This document shows, one piece after another, positions 1-9,252 of a stretch of 64,000 nucleotides of DNA. The notes below the pieces were generated by a model, which was not told where the DNA came from, searched no databases, and worked only from the letters and a program-made list of their open reading frames with translations. A program made the position numbers and the translations under genes. The DNA comes from an uncultured Chloroflexia bacterium. GTDB taxonomy: Bacteria > Chloroflexota > Limnocylindria > Limnocylindrales > CSP1-4. The stretch covers positions 64,001 to 128,000 of the forward strand of contig CAVYIM010000007.1 of assembly GCA_963768655.1 (NCBI GenBank). The letters run 5' to 3'. Numbering within the stretch: position 1 is the stretch's first letter; every line of letters begins with the position of its first letter.

Positions 1-1056
1 GGGACCTTGATATGGGAAGAATTCTCGGCCCTTCGACTTGAGAATGGTACCGGGCAGGACGTAGCCGCCTGCGAACGAGACCGGGTCGTATGCCCATGAT
101 CCGGTCGTGAGAGCCGGCGCTGGGAGCGCGCCAAGCTGCCAGTTCCTGCCGTCGCTCGAGGTCCAGATGCTCTGCTTGAGGTAGGCTGTCCCAAGTGCGA
201 CAAAGCCGCTGGAGCCGCCAGAGATCGGGCCGATCCCGCCCGCTCCGAAGACGCTCGGCATGTCGATCGGGGTCCACGACTTCGCGTCCGAAGACGACCA
301 CATCGTCTCGGGCGTGAGTCCGGGCGAGGTCGCGCCGCACATTCTGCCGCAGTCGACCTGCCCCCGAATCAGGAGGCTGTCTGGCCCCTCTTGGAACTGG
401 ATGACCTCGAACACGCAGTCGGCTCGCTCGGCGGCGTTGAGTCCTCTGTCATAGCTCTTGAACCAGGAGTTCCAGACGCTGATGTCGATGGTCGATCCGG
501 AGCTCCAGGTCAGCCCATCCGCCGAAACCCAGGGCGTCAGGGCACGGCTCTTCGGGTTCCATAGGAACTCGACGTAGCCGCCGCTCCAGGCTTCGAGTGT
601 GGCGTTGTAGACGCCACTCGCGACGGCAATCTCGGATCGGGGCGGCACCGCTGGCGAGTGGCCACCGGGAATTGCGATCCAGTCGAGGCCGGTCCAGGTG
701 GCGGTGGGAGTGGGGCCGACGCTTGGCAGCGGACCCGTGGGCGGGGGTGGCGTGGGTGTGGCGATCGGGATCGGGCTCGGAGTGGCGGTCGGCGCCGGTG
801 TGGCGGTCGGCGTGGCGAGATCCGGCGACAATAGGGCGGCCAGGCTCGGGGTAGAGGTCTCCGTCGAACCACTCGCGGTCGCCGATGGCGTCGCCGAGGC
901 GGAGAGCGACGGTGAAGCAGATGGGGATGCCGACGCGGTTGGCGACGGACTGGCCGCCGCGGTGCACGCCGCCGCGGTGAGGGCGATCAGCACCACCGCC
1001 GCCAGCCAGAAGCAACCCCGCCTGCTGCCGTGACCCAGATCAGATGCCCACTCCAT
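1..1056 (-). CDS. Lipoprotein with Ser/Thr/Pro linker and Asp-box (BNR)-like repeats; runs off the window start
   Basis: Manual translation, not in the ORF track: MEWASDLGHGSRRGCFWLAAVVLIALTAAAC (lipobox-like), S/P/T-rich linker, repeats WVSADGLTW, WSSSDAKSW, WTSSDGRNW; SD AAGGGGA upstream of ATG 1056. Confidence 0.75.
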   Translation of the reverse strand, partial: MEWASDLGHGSRRGCFWLAAVVLIALTAAACTAAASPSPTASASPSASPSLSASATPSATASGSTETSTPSLAALLSPDLATPTATPAPTATPSPIPIATPTPPPPTGPLPSVGPTPTATWTGLDWIAIPGGHSPAVPPRSEIAVASGVYNATLEAWSGGYVEFLWNPKSRALTPWVSADGLTWSSGSTIDISVWNSWFKSYDRGLNAAERADCVFEVIQFQEGPDSLLIRGQVDCGRMCGATSPGLTPETMWSSSDAKSWTPIDMPSVFGAGGIGPISGGSSGFVALGTAYLKQSIWTSSDGRNWQLGALPAPALTTGSWAYDPVSFAGGYVLPGTILKSKGREFFPYQGP

Positions 1057-1112
1057 GCCATCCCCTTGTGCTGCCGCGGTCTCATCGAACAGGGTTGGGA
1101 CGCCATCATGAT

Positions 1113-1940
1113 CTACCCCGTGACGGAGCAGTCGGTCGCGCCGTCATGTGCCGTCCGCTTGGACAGATCTGCCGTGGCCAGCTTCGATCGCACCCAGCCT
1201 GCCGCGATACCGAGCGCCCCTCGGCCCTCCCCGAGCTTGTCGAGCGCCGTCGACTTGGCCGGCTCGACGAGGTCGGCTACGAGCTCCGCTGTGCGCCGGG
1301 AGAGTGCCTCGGGGTCTGGAGGTTCGGCCGCTGGAACGCCGTCGAGGTCGGCCAGACGGTTCGCCGTATCCGCGATCCCCTCGGTGCTCCGGACCTGCTC
1401 GTCCCAGGCCGCTGCCACGTCGGGGAAGAGGGCGGCATGACCATCGAGGTAGCGGCCTTCGACGATCTCGCGCGCCCGCTGGGCGGCATCGAGCTCCCCG
1501 ACCTGTATGGCGAGCAGGCGGATCACGGTGGCGAACCGCTCGCGGTATGCCGGGCCGGCCCGACCCTTGGCGTCCTCCTTCGCTAGCAGAGCCAGCTGGG
1601 CAGCGAAGAGGGCATCGAGGAGTTGCCCGCGTTCCAGTAGCTCGTGCGCCGTGACGTTGATCCGCATCACCAGCTCGAACCGAAAGACCGTCTCGCGCAG
1701 GGCGGTCCGAACCGCGGCATCGACTACTTCCGGACGCTTGCCGCGCATGGCTGTCCGGGCCACGTGTGCCGCTTCCCGAGCCAGTCCGTCCAGCGGTGCC
1801 ACCGGTGGATCCGCCGCCAGGAGCGAGCCGACGTAGGACTCGATGTCACCGAAGCCATGGGCCCCTGCCAGCCAGCGCAGGACCAGCTGCGTTGGGGAGA
1901 GGGAGGCTTCGAGCCGCTCGACGCGCCGGCTCAGGCTCAT
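1113..1940 (-). CDS. Hypothetical helical protein of the element
   Basis: 275-aa ORF starting MSLSRRVERLE; ATGA overlap with the upstream gene at 1937-1940. Confidence 0.7.
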   Translation of the reverse strand: MSLSRRVERLEASLSPTQLVLRWLAGAHGFGDIESYVGSLLAADPPVAPLDGLAREAAHVARTAMRGKRPEVVDAAVRTALRETVFRFELVMRINVTAHELLERGQLLDALFAAQLALLAKEDAKGRAGPAYRERFATVIRLLAIQVGELDAAQRAREIVEGRYLDGHAALFPDVAAAWDEQVRSTEGIADTANRLADLDGVPAAEPPDPEALSRRTAELVADLVEPAKSTALDKLGEGRGALGIAAGWVRSKLATADLSKRTAHDGATDCSVTG

Positions 1941-2359
1941 CGCGGTTCCTCGGCCGGGAAGGCGGCCTCGCCGTCGGCAGCTCGCGCCTGGCCGAGGGCC
2001 GCTTCCAGAGCAGCCAGGCGGGCCTCGAGCTCACCGACTTCGAGGAGCCGGCTTGCTGCGGTGGCGGCTGCGATCAGGACCCGGCAGCGGGCGATCGAGT
2101 TCTCCAGCCCCAGAGCATCCAGAGTCGCGATCTCGAGGACCCGCTCGATCGAGTCGCTGGTCCGCAGACCCTCGAAGTCATAGGCGAGCGAGAGGGTCTT
2201 CTCCCGCCGCCGCCGCAGCCCGCCGAGCTTGCGGGCCTCGGCTGCCTCGACGCTGTGGTCGGGCGAGTGCATGAAGCAGTACTCCTCATCGCGCAGCGGC
2301 GCAGCCGGACAGCGCTTGCCGTCGGCAGTGGCGGCCCGGCAGACCCTCTTGGTTGTCAT
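1937..2359 (-). CDS. HGGxSTG-like / terminase-small-subunit-like protein
   Basis: MTTKRVCRAATADGKRC...YCFMH...ARKLGG Cys/His motif; C-terminal ELEARLAALE coiled coil; follows a ParB-MTase as in phage packaging modules. Confidence 0.55.
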   Translation of the reverse strand: MTTKRVCRAATADGKRCPAAPLRDEEYCFMHSPDHSVEAAEARKLGGLRRRREKTLSLAYDFEGLRTSDSIERVLEIATLDALGLENSIARCRVLIAAATAASRLLEVGELEARLAALEAALGQARAADGEAAFPAEEPR

Positions 2360-2392
2360 TGCTTGACTTTGCTTGTCATTGCTTGACTCGCA
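2353..2392. repeat. Four tandem 10-bp units forming two perfect 16-bp direct repeats
   Basis: TTGTCATTGC TTGACTTTGC TTGTCATTGC TTGACTCGCA; ttgtcattgcttgact at 2353-2368 and 2373-2388. Confidence 0.85.
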
Positions 2393-2481
2393 GCGGCAGT
2401 TGCTTACCCACGATCGCGTCATATGGTCGGGTTGGGGACGCGCCAACGGCCGCCACGTTCGCGGGCAGGTTGCGGGTCGGC

Positions 2482-3723
2482 TCATTCATCGATGCGCTCC
2501 GCCGCTTGGCCGCTGAAGCGCTCCCAGCGCCCCAGCACCACGTCGGCGTAGGTCGGGTCCAGCTCGATGCCGGCGCAGGTCCGGCCGGTCCGCTCGCAGG
2601 CGATCAGCGTCGAGCCTGATCCGAGGAAGGGATCCAGGACGAGGTCTCCAGCTGAGGAGCTGTTGGCGATTGCCCGCTCCATCAAGGCCAGGGGTTTCAT
2701 GGTCGGGTGGAGCGGTGCATCGGCGGGTCTGGCTATCTCCCAGACGTCGTCCTGATCCCGGTCCCCGCACCAGTGGCGACTCGCTCCTTCCCGCCAGCCA
2801 TACCAGATCGGCTCATAGCTTCGTTGGTAGTCGGCCCGGCCGATGACGAACCTATCCTTGTGCCAGATGAGGGTGTCGGACCAGTGACCTCCCTCCTCGG
2901 CGAGGATCCGCGATACGAGCGGCATCTCCTTGCTCGACATGCAGCAGTAGATCGCGCCGTCGACGCCGGCCAGCAACGTTCTCGCCCAGGCCCGCACGAA
3001 GGCTTCCCAGGCGGATGGGTCCAGGGAGTCGTTGGCGATGCGGCGTCTTCGAGACCCCCGCTGGTGGCCGCCGTGGTCGCCGAGCGACACGTTGTATGGA
3101 GGATCGGTGAAGGCCATGCCGGCACGCTTCCCGCGCAGCACGCTATCCACGTCCTCGGGCTTGGTCGCGTCCCCGACCAGGAGGCGATGCTCACCTGGAG
3201 CCCAGAGCTCTCCGGGTTTGGTCCGAGGTGCACGGGTCGCTTCTTCGAGCGCGGACTCGAGGTCGAAGTTCTCCGGGCGTTCGGCCTTCTCGCGGGTCAC
3301 CATGCTCCGCAGCAGGTCGGCGATCTCGTCCTCTCCGAACCCCGAGAGCGAGAGGTCGATCTCCGGGCTGGCTCGGAGGTCGGCCAGTAGCCGAGCCAGG
3401 AGTTGCTCGTCCCAGGAGCCGGAGATCCTGTTCAGGGCCAGGTTGAGCAGGTGGGCCTGCTCGGCCGAGAGGTCCAGGTACGTCACCGGGACCGTCGCGA
3501 GTCCAAGCCGCCGCGCGGCGAGCAGACGCTGGTGGCCGCCGATGACGGTCTTGTCCTCCCGGCGCGCGAGCACCGGCTGGACGAAACCGAACTGGCGGAG
3601 GCTGCGCTCCAGAGATTCCAGCTCCTCATCGGAGATCCTTCGGGGATTGGCCGGGTCCGGATGCAGGAGATCGATTGCGACCTCTTCGAGGGCGAGAGAG
3701 GGCAGGGGAGTGGGGACGCTCAT
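2482..3723 (-). CDS. ParB N-terminal domain fused to a beta-class (probably N6-adenine) DNA methyltransferase
   Basis: ParB motifs NPRRI, SLRQFGF, GGHQR; MTase motif IV DPPY before HPTMKP and motif I DPFLGSG. Confidence 0.92.
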   Translation of the reverse strand: MSVPTPLPSLALEEVAIDLLHPDPANPRRISDEELESLERSLRQFGFVQPVLARREDKTVIGGHQRLLAARRLGLATVPVTYLDLSAEQAHLLNLALNRISGSWDEQLLARLLADLRASPEIDLSLSGFGEDEIADLLRSMVTREKAERPENFDLESALEEATRAPRTKPGELWAPGEHRLLVGDATKPEDVDSVLRGKRAGMAFTDPPYNVSLGDHGGHQRGSRRRRIANDSLDPSAWEAFVRAWARTLLAGVDGAIYCCMSSKEMPLVSRILAEEGGHWSDTLIWHKDRFVIGRADYQRSYEPIWYGWREGASRHWCGDRDQDDVWEIARPADAPLHPTMKPLALMERAIANSSSAGDLVLDPFLGSGSTLIACERTGRTCAGIELDPTYADVVLGRWERFSGQAAERIDE

Positions 3724-5072
3724 CTTGGTTCTCCTTGGCGGGATCGAGTGGGACTGCCAGACACGGTTCCTCCAAGGAGGGAGTCGTCGTCCCAGAGGCT
3801 GGCCGCTCCTGGCTGCGAGGATGGCGTGGAACGCGAAGAGACCGGTTCTTCCCTAGAGGAGGAGATCGGTGTCTTCGGTGTCTTGGTCGGTGTCTTCGGA
3901 CTCTTCGGAGTCTTCGATGGAACCGGTGAAGGCACCGAAGGCACCGAAGGCTCCGATCTTTGGGCTGACGATCGGAGCGACCAGACCCACCCGCCCCCGA
4001 AGCCCTCCTTGGCGGTGCGGACGCCGGCCCGCTCCCGGGCGCGCCCGAGGTTGTCCTGGGAACTGATGTCGAAGCCCTGTGCCTCTAGGGCACGGTATGC
4101 GTCGGCTGCGGCCATCGAGCCGCCGTGGGAGCCCAGAAGCTCCCGCATCGCGTCGGCCAGCTCGGCCGTCTTGGAGCGCCCGACAGCCTCCTCGCGGGTC
4201 CGCCCGATGAGGTCCTCGGCCGTGCGCTCCGAGGTTCCTTCCCAGGCGATGTGGGACGGCTCGTAGGGACCATCGGCCACGATCCGGTATGCCAGAGACG
4301 GCGGTCGTCGGGCGACGTTGAGCTTGATCGGGGCCAGGATCAGAAGATCGGGGTCGCTGCTGTCGCGCCCCACGGCGAGGACGCTGCGGGCGAGTCCGGT
4401 GAAGCCGATCGAGCCACCGCCGCGATAGAGGGCGTCCTCGCCGGCGCGCTTGTTGAGATGACGGATGGCGACGACCGCGGCGTCGAGGCGGCCGGCCATC
4501 TGTGCCAGCGGCTCCAGGGCCCGGCGGACCCGGTGGTCGTCGTTGGTCTTGACGCCGTCCCCGAGGTAGGCGACGAGCGGATCGATGACGATGAGGCGAG
4601 CCCGCAGGTTGCTCGCAGTGGCTTCGAGCCGATCGATCTGGTCGGGCAGGACGAGCTCGCGCACCAGATGGAAGCGAGACGGGTCTCCGCCGGCGCGCAG
4701 CAGCCGAGGCAGGATGGTGTCCTCGGCGTCGTCCTCGGCCGTGATGTAGATGGTCGTGAAGGCGTCGCCCAGAGGTTCACCGCTAGGGGACGAGCCGCCG
4801 ACCGAGCCACGCGACGCAATGTCGAGCAGGATCGTCGACTTACCGAGCCCAGGGTCGCCATCGAGGATCGTGACCTTGCGCAGAGGGACGTAGCCGCGCC
4901 ACAGCCAGTCGATGGGCCGGGTCCGGACCTCTGAGAGATCGATCGTCGCGAGCGGTTCGGCGAGGGGCACGAGGGGCTTGATCGTGGGAACGCCGTCCTG
5001 GGCGCTCTCGCTGACACGCGCAAACACCTTGCGGGCTGCAGCACTGTCTCCGAGGCGCTCGAAGGTGCTCAT
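3720..5072 (-). CDS. RepA-like AAA (AAA_25-type) ATPase/helicase
   Basis: Walker A GDPGLGKS, Walker B LIVIDP, IRHLNK, GGSIG; likely start MSTFERL at 5072 overlapping the LSR stop; SD GGGAGG. Confidence 0.88.
   Translation of the reverse strand: MSTFERLGDSAAARKVFARVSESAQDGVPTIKPLVPLAEPLATIDLSEVRTRPIDWLWRGYVPLRKVTILDGDPGLGKSTILLDIASRGSVGGSSPSGEPLGDAFTTIYITAEDDAEDTILPRLLRAGGDPSRFHLVRELVLPDQIDRLEATASNLRARLIVIDPLVAYLGDGVKTNDDHRVRRALEPLAQMAGRLDAAVVAIRHLNKRAGEDALYRGGGSIGFTGLARSVLAVGRDSSDPDLLILAPIKLNVARRPPSLAYRIVADGPYEPSHIAWEGTSERTAEDLIGRTREEAVGRSKTAELADAMRELLGSHGGSMAAADAYRALEAQGFDISSQDNLGRARERAGVRTAKEGFGGGWVWSLRSSAQRSEPSVPSVPSPVPSKTPKSPKTPTKTPKTPISSSREEPVSSRSTPSSQPGAASLWDDDSLLGGTVSGSPTRSRQGEPR
3868..3954. 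repeat. Convergent 9-bp iteron-like repeats, candidate replication origin
   Basis: Five GGTGTCTTC-like copies (3868-3915) facing three GAAGGCWCC copies (3928-3954) in the opposite orientation. Confidence 0.7.
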
Positions 5073-6718
5073 CCCACCACTACCCTCCCGCGACCGACCG
5101 GCAGCTCGATCACGCGGCGCAGGACGGTGTAGTTGTGACTTGCAGGGATGCCCGTGCAAGTGGGAACTACACACGGGAAGCGATATGTCACGAGCGCCTT
5201 GGCGGTCTTGCGGCCGTCCTCACCGATGGTGGTGTGGACGACGATGCCGACCAGGAGCCGGACGATCTCCTGGCGCTGAGCGTCGGTCAGGCCTGCGTCC
5301 AGGCGGGCGCGGACCTCGGATAGGAGGTCATGGACCTCTTGGGGGACGACCTCGGCACGTGGCGCCTGCGGCGCTGTCACGCGGGCTTCTAGGGCGGTCC
5401 GCTCGGTGGCGATGCGGTCGAGTTCGGCATCAAGCTCGTCATCAGGCAGCCGGCCGCGGATGTTGAGGGCGATGGCCGCCTTGCGCTGGCTGTCGAGAGC
5501 ATCGAGCGCCCGAGCGAGCGTGATCGAGGTGGCCTCAGCAATAGCTGCCTGAGCGTCTCGCTCGGCGGGGCCATCGAGTCCATCGAGGGCATCACCAGGG
5601 TTTCGCAGCCAGGCCTCGATGTCGGCCCAGACGGCAGGTTCGATCGAGTCGGCCCGAACCGAGCAGCCCGGGCAGCGACCGGCGAGGACGCCGCGTTCGA
5701 CGAGCTGCCCGCCGCAGCGATACCAGCCGGCGTCGCGGCTCCACGAGCCGACGTAGGTGAGGCCGCAGATGCCGCAGCGCACGACACCCTTGAGCAGGTA
5801 GACGCGGTTGGTGTTCTTGGTGCAGCGGCGGTTGGCAGCCAGGGCATCCTGAGCGGCTTGCCAGAGAGTAGGGGAGACCAAGCCCTCGATCGGCGCCACG
5901 ATCACCTGCCGGTCCTTCTTCTTGGTGCGCCGGCCGTAGGAGAGCTGGCCCCGATAGATCGGGTTGGTGACCATGTTGCGGATCAGGCCGGCTCGCCAGA
6001 GGGCCTGAGTCCTCCTGCCCCGGACACCCCGACCATCGCGGGCATAGGCGGTCGGAACCCCGAGGGCGTTCAGTTCGCCCGCGACGCGCCGGCAGCTCCA
6101 GCCCGCCAGGGCGATCCACTCGTACATCCGGCGCACCACCCCTGCCGCCGATAGGTCAGCCCAGACGTTCGCCTCGTCGGGCACGAGGCTCGCCGACTCC
6201 TTGCGGCCCTCGGGGCGATATCCGTAGGCGACGATGCCGCCGCAGTACCTTCCCTCTCTCGCGGCCCGGTTCATGCCGTCGGCACTGCGTCGGGCGAACT
6301 CACGGCGGTAGTGGTCGGCTACGACGGCTTGGACGTCGTAGCCGAGGAGATCCGGCTGCCCTTCGACCACCGACACCAGGGCGATGCCCAGAGCATCCAG
6401 GCGGCGGCGGACGACCAGGAGATCCACCGCGTCGCGGCCGAGGCGGTCGACCTTGTAGACCCACAGCTCCTCGAAGCGCCCGGCGACGGCATCTTCGAGG
6501 AGGCGTCGACCATCAGGCCGTTCGGCGATCGGGATCGTGCCCGATACGCCGTCGTCGACGTAGCGGCCCACGAGCTCGACGCCGGGCTGGCGCTCCAGGT
6601 GACGGGCGATCTCGTCGGTCTGGGTGCGGATCGTCTCGCGCTCGCGCTGGTCCTCGCTGCTGACCCGCTCGTATGTCGCCACCCGCCGAACCGCCGGGAC
6701 CGCTGCAGCCATGCTCAT
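5069..6718 (-). CDS. Large serine recombinase (resolvase, recombinase and Zn-ribbon domains)
   Basis: YERVSS catalytic motif, DDGVSG, DRLGR, NPIYRG, CGICG...YRC...C, coiled coil; SD GGGAGG before ATG 6718. Confidence 0.95.
   Translation of the reverse strand: MSMAAAVPAVRRVATYERVSSEDQRERETIRTQTDEIARHLERQPGVELVGRYVDDGVSGTIPIAERPDGRRLLEDAVAGRFEELWVYKVDRLGRDAVDLLVVRRRLDALGIALVSVVEGQPDLLGYDVQAVVADHYRREFARRSADGMNRAAREGRYCGGIVAYGYRPEGRKESASLVPDEANVWADLSAAGVVRRMYEWIALAGWSCRRVAGELNALGVPTAYARDGRGVRGRRTQALWRAGLIRNMVTNPIYRGQLSYGRRTKKKDRQVIVAPIEGLVSPTLWQAAQDALAANRRCTKNTNRVYLLKGVVRCGICGLTYVGSWSRDAGWYRCGGQLVERGVLAGRCPGCSVRADSIEPAVWADIEAWLRNPGDALDGLDGPAERDAQAAIAEATSITLARALDALDSQRKAAIALNIRGRLPDDELDAELDRIATERTALEARVTAPQAPRAEVVPQEVHDLLSEVRARLDAGLTDAQRQEIVRLLVGIVVHTTIGEDGRKTAKALVTYRFPCVVPTCTGIPASHNYTVLRRVIELPVGRGRVVVG
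5127..5172. other. Candidate intact attP site inside the LSR 3' end
   Basis: GTGTAGTT-gtg-ACTTGCA-gggaTGcccg-TGCAAGT-ggg-AACTACAC, a 46-bp dyad centred on TG 5149-5150. Confidence 0.7.
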
Positions 6719-6906
6719 CGGACACCTCCCAAACCGCGCTCGGGAAGCTGCCGGGGGAGGCCAAGCACCACCCGCAGGGCAGCCGCCATCGCCTCGCGGT
6801 CCGGCGTCCATGAACGCTCTATCTCGGGCGGGTTAGCAAGGCGGCGCGGCCAGGGCGTGGGGTTCGCCGCGGCGGACGCCGCGGCGAAGCAGGCGGTGGC
6901 ATTCAT
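6715..6906 (-). CDS. Small 63-aa protein coupled to the LSR (possible directionality factor)
   Basis: MNATACF...GGVR; its stop overlaps the LSR ATG; function inferred from position only. Confidence 0.45.
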   Translation of the reverse strand: MNATACFAAASAAANPTPWPRRLANPPEIERSWTPDREAMAAALRVVLGLPRQLPERGLGGVR

Positions 6907-7022
6907 CGCCAACCGCTCGGCCTTCGTTTGCGCCCACTTGCCCGTCACGCCGCTTGGACCTCCGCTCGGCGAGTGCCAGCCCGCCAGCGCTCGCAGGCAC
7001 AGAGAATGACGGCCTGGCCTTG

Positions 7023-7775
7023 CTATAGCGGTGGTGCTAATTCGCGCGGGACCCTCACTGGCAGGCCCACCTGAGTCCATGTTCGGCGATTGGTGAGACA
7101 GACCGTGCGCTGGTAGTCCCTGAGCCGCTGGCGGTCGACGGCGTTGGCGCGACAGCCTGCCTTCAGGACCGCGTGCATGTCTGGGGCGGCCAGGGCGCCG
7201 TCGGATTCGCATTCCCAGCTCAGCCAGGTCCTCACGGCACGAAGATGGCTGAGGCCAGCGTCGCGCAGTCCAAGGACGACCACAGCGCGGGCCAGGATCT
7301 CCCGCGACATCGTCTTGCGCTTGTCGTCCTGGCGGCCCGTCAGGAAGGCTCTGAGGAAGACCGCCACATTTGGATCGTCGGCGATCTTTCCTAGACGGCG
7401 CCGGGCAGTGTCGCGGTCCCGGATGATCTCTCCGCTGCGAAGTCGCAGGTAGGGCCCGACGACATCGAACGAGATGCCCGAACGGCCCAGGGGCTTCTCA
7501 GACGCGTCATCGTCACGGACCCACCACTGGCCGTCGGCCTCCAGGTACTTGTGCCAAGGCGCCGCAGCGAGTACGTCCGCGGAGGGCTTTGAACCAACCG
7601 GGTCGTACGCTGGAGCAGCCATCTTGACCCAGCGAGCAAGCACGTCGGCCGGAGTCAGGGCCTCCATGTCGGCGAGAACGTCGCTGTACCAGGCGTGCCA
7701 CTCGTCGATCGGGTAGATGAGACGCGCGCGGCTCGGCATGCTCCACAGGCTAGCAGCGGCCGCTGGCCCGGCCAT
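7023..7775 (-). CDS. Hypothetical protein, possible regulator of the element
   Basis: 250-aa ORF with protein-like composition, co-oriented with the element; start uncertain. Confidence 0.6.
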   Translation of the reverse strand: MAGPAAAASLWSMPSRARLIYPIDEWHAWYSDVLADMEALTPADVLARWVKMAAPAYDPVGSKPSADVLAAAPWHKYLEADGQWWVRDDDASEKPLGRSGISFDVVGPYLRLRSGEIIRDRDTARRRLGKIADDPNVAVFLRAFLTGRQDDKRKTMSREILARAVVVLGLRDAGLSHLRAVRTWLSWECESDGALAAPDMHAVLKAGCRANAVDRQRLRDYQRTVCLTNRRTWTQVGLPVRVPRELAPPL

Positions 7776-8274
7776 CGGATGTCGTGGGTCGGGACGCCTG
7801 TGGCATCACCCTCGCTGGCTCGCTCACCGTCGTCCGGCATCGGCCCGGTCACAGAGCGGAGCCCGACCCGGTCGGACCATAGCGAACGCCGCTTATCTGC
7901 GGCTTATCTGGATACGTCCAATTCGTGTTGCGACCAGTCCTCCCGGATTCTAGACTGTGCCCCACGACCGCTCGCCCTTGGTGAGCCGGTCCCGCAGGCT
8001 CCCGTCGTCCTCCCCCTCGGATGCCGGGAGCCTCTTCTCGTCCCATGCCCTGTTCTGTCTGGCGCCTGGCGCTGGTCTCACGAGCGGTTGAGCCCGAGGG
8101 CCGGCTCGTGCGACACTAGGGCCAGCAAGAGAGGCTGGGTTTGCGGCGCCCACGTGGACGTAATGGGGGCCTTCCCTGATCCGAGGCTCAGTGTCGGCAA
8201 CGCCGAGGGCGAGGAGCTTCGCCGGCGGCTGCGCGGCAGCAACAGCAGTCGCTGAGCCGACCGGCGGGCGCGCT

Positions 8275-9210
8275 CTAGAGTCCGATCGCCGCCGCGACCT
8301 GAGGCCAGGCGTGGTCTTCGGTGCCTTCGAGGCGGCGCAGGTAGGTCGTCGTCGTGGCCAAGTTCGAATGATCGAGGTACGCCGATACCGCCTCGATCGA
8401 CTCGCCGGCGTCCCGACGGAGCTTCGCCGCGGTGTGGCGCAGGACGTGGATTCCTGTCGGCGCCAGACCGGCCGCCTGTAGGTACTTCCTGAACCGACTG
8501 TAGAAGGTCGAGCCAGTCACGCCTCGAACCCCGGCCCCGGCTTGCCAGAGCGACGCGCCCTTGTCCATCGATGCCAGTGACAGTCCGGCGTCGGTCAAGG
8601 TGGTGCACAGCGCCTCGTAGGCAGGGTGTGGGAGTTCGCGCCGACCTCTCTTGCCGCCCTTGCCTCGATAGCTGTAGAACACCGTCTCCGCCTCGACGCT
8701 GATGTCCCCAGCGGTCAGGCCGATTACCTCTGTGCGCCGTCGGCCGGTAAGGATGAAGGTCAGCAGGAGGGCCAGGTCACGCCGGCCTGCCACGGTGTCC
8801 GGGACAACCGCGAGGAGCCGCCGCACTTCCTCGGCTCCGTACCCGCGGGCAACCGACTGGACGGCTCGCGGCCGCTCGACCGCGTCGCAGGGGTTGGACA
8901 CGACCAGGCCCATCCGGATCAGGAAGCGGTAGAAGGACGACAGGCAGGCGATCCTGGCTCCCACCGTCGTGGCTGATGGTGTCCGCCCGGACTTGCCGAT
9001 GCCGTGGACGAAGGCCAGGACGTCGGCCGGCTTGACTCGGTCGGGCGTCTTGCCGAGGTCGGCGAAGAAGGGCCAGAGCATCCGGCTGTAGGACTCCACC
9101 GTCCGTCGGGAGCCTGAGCGGTTGCCCTTCTCTACCAGGAAGGCGTAGAGGGCCTGGTCCCAGGCGGAGGGGTCTCCGCTGGTTAGGGCGGGGAGGGGTT
9201 GAGCGGTCAT
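8275..9210 (-). CDS. Tyrosine recombinase / integrase (XerC/D-like)
   Basis: TGRRRTE, GKGGK, HVLRH, LDH, TTTTY catalytic set; N-terminal core-binding domain; no obvious IntI insertion. Confidence 0.95.
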   Translation of the reverse strand: MTAQPLPALTSGDPSAWDQALYAFLVEKGNRSGSRRTVESYSRMLWPFFADLGKTPDRVKPADVLAFVHGIGKSGRTPSATTVGARIACLSSFYRFLIRMGLVVSNPCDAVERPRAVQSVARGYGAEEVRRLLAVVPDTVAGRRDLALLLTFILTGRRRTEVIGLTAGDISVEAETVFYSYRGKGGKRGRRELPHPAYEALCTTLTDAGLSLASMDKGASLWQAGAGVRGVTGSTFYSRFRKYLQAAGLAPTGIHVLRHTAAKLRRDAGESIEAVSAYLDHSNLATTTTYLRRLEGTEDHAWPQVAAAIGL

Positions 9211-9231
9211 CGTGGGCGTCCTCGGGTGCGA

Positions 9232-9252
9232 GATGGATCACCCACATCCATC
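9232..9252. promoter_or_regulatory. 7-7-7 inverted repeat upstream of the tyrosine recombinase (core site or operator)
   Basis: GATGGAT-cacccac-ATCCATC. Confidence 0.45.
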
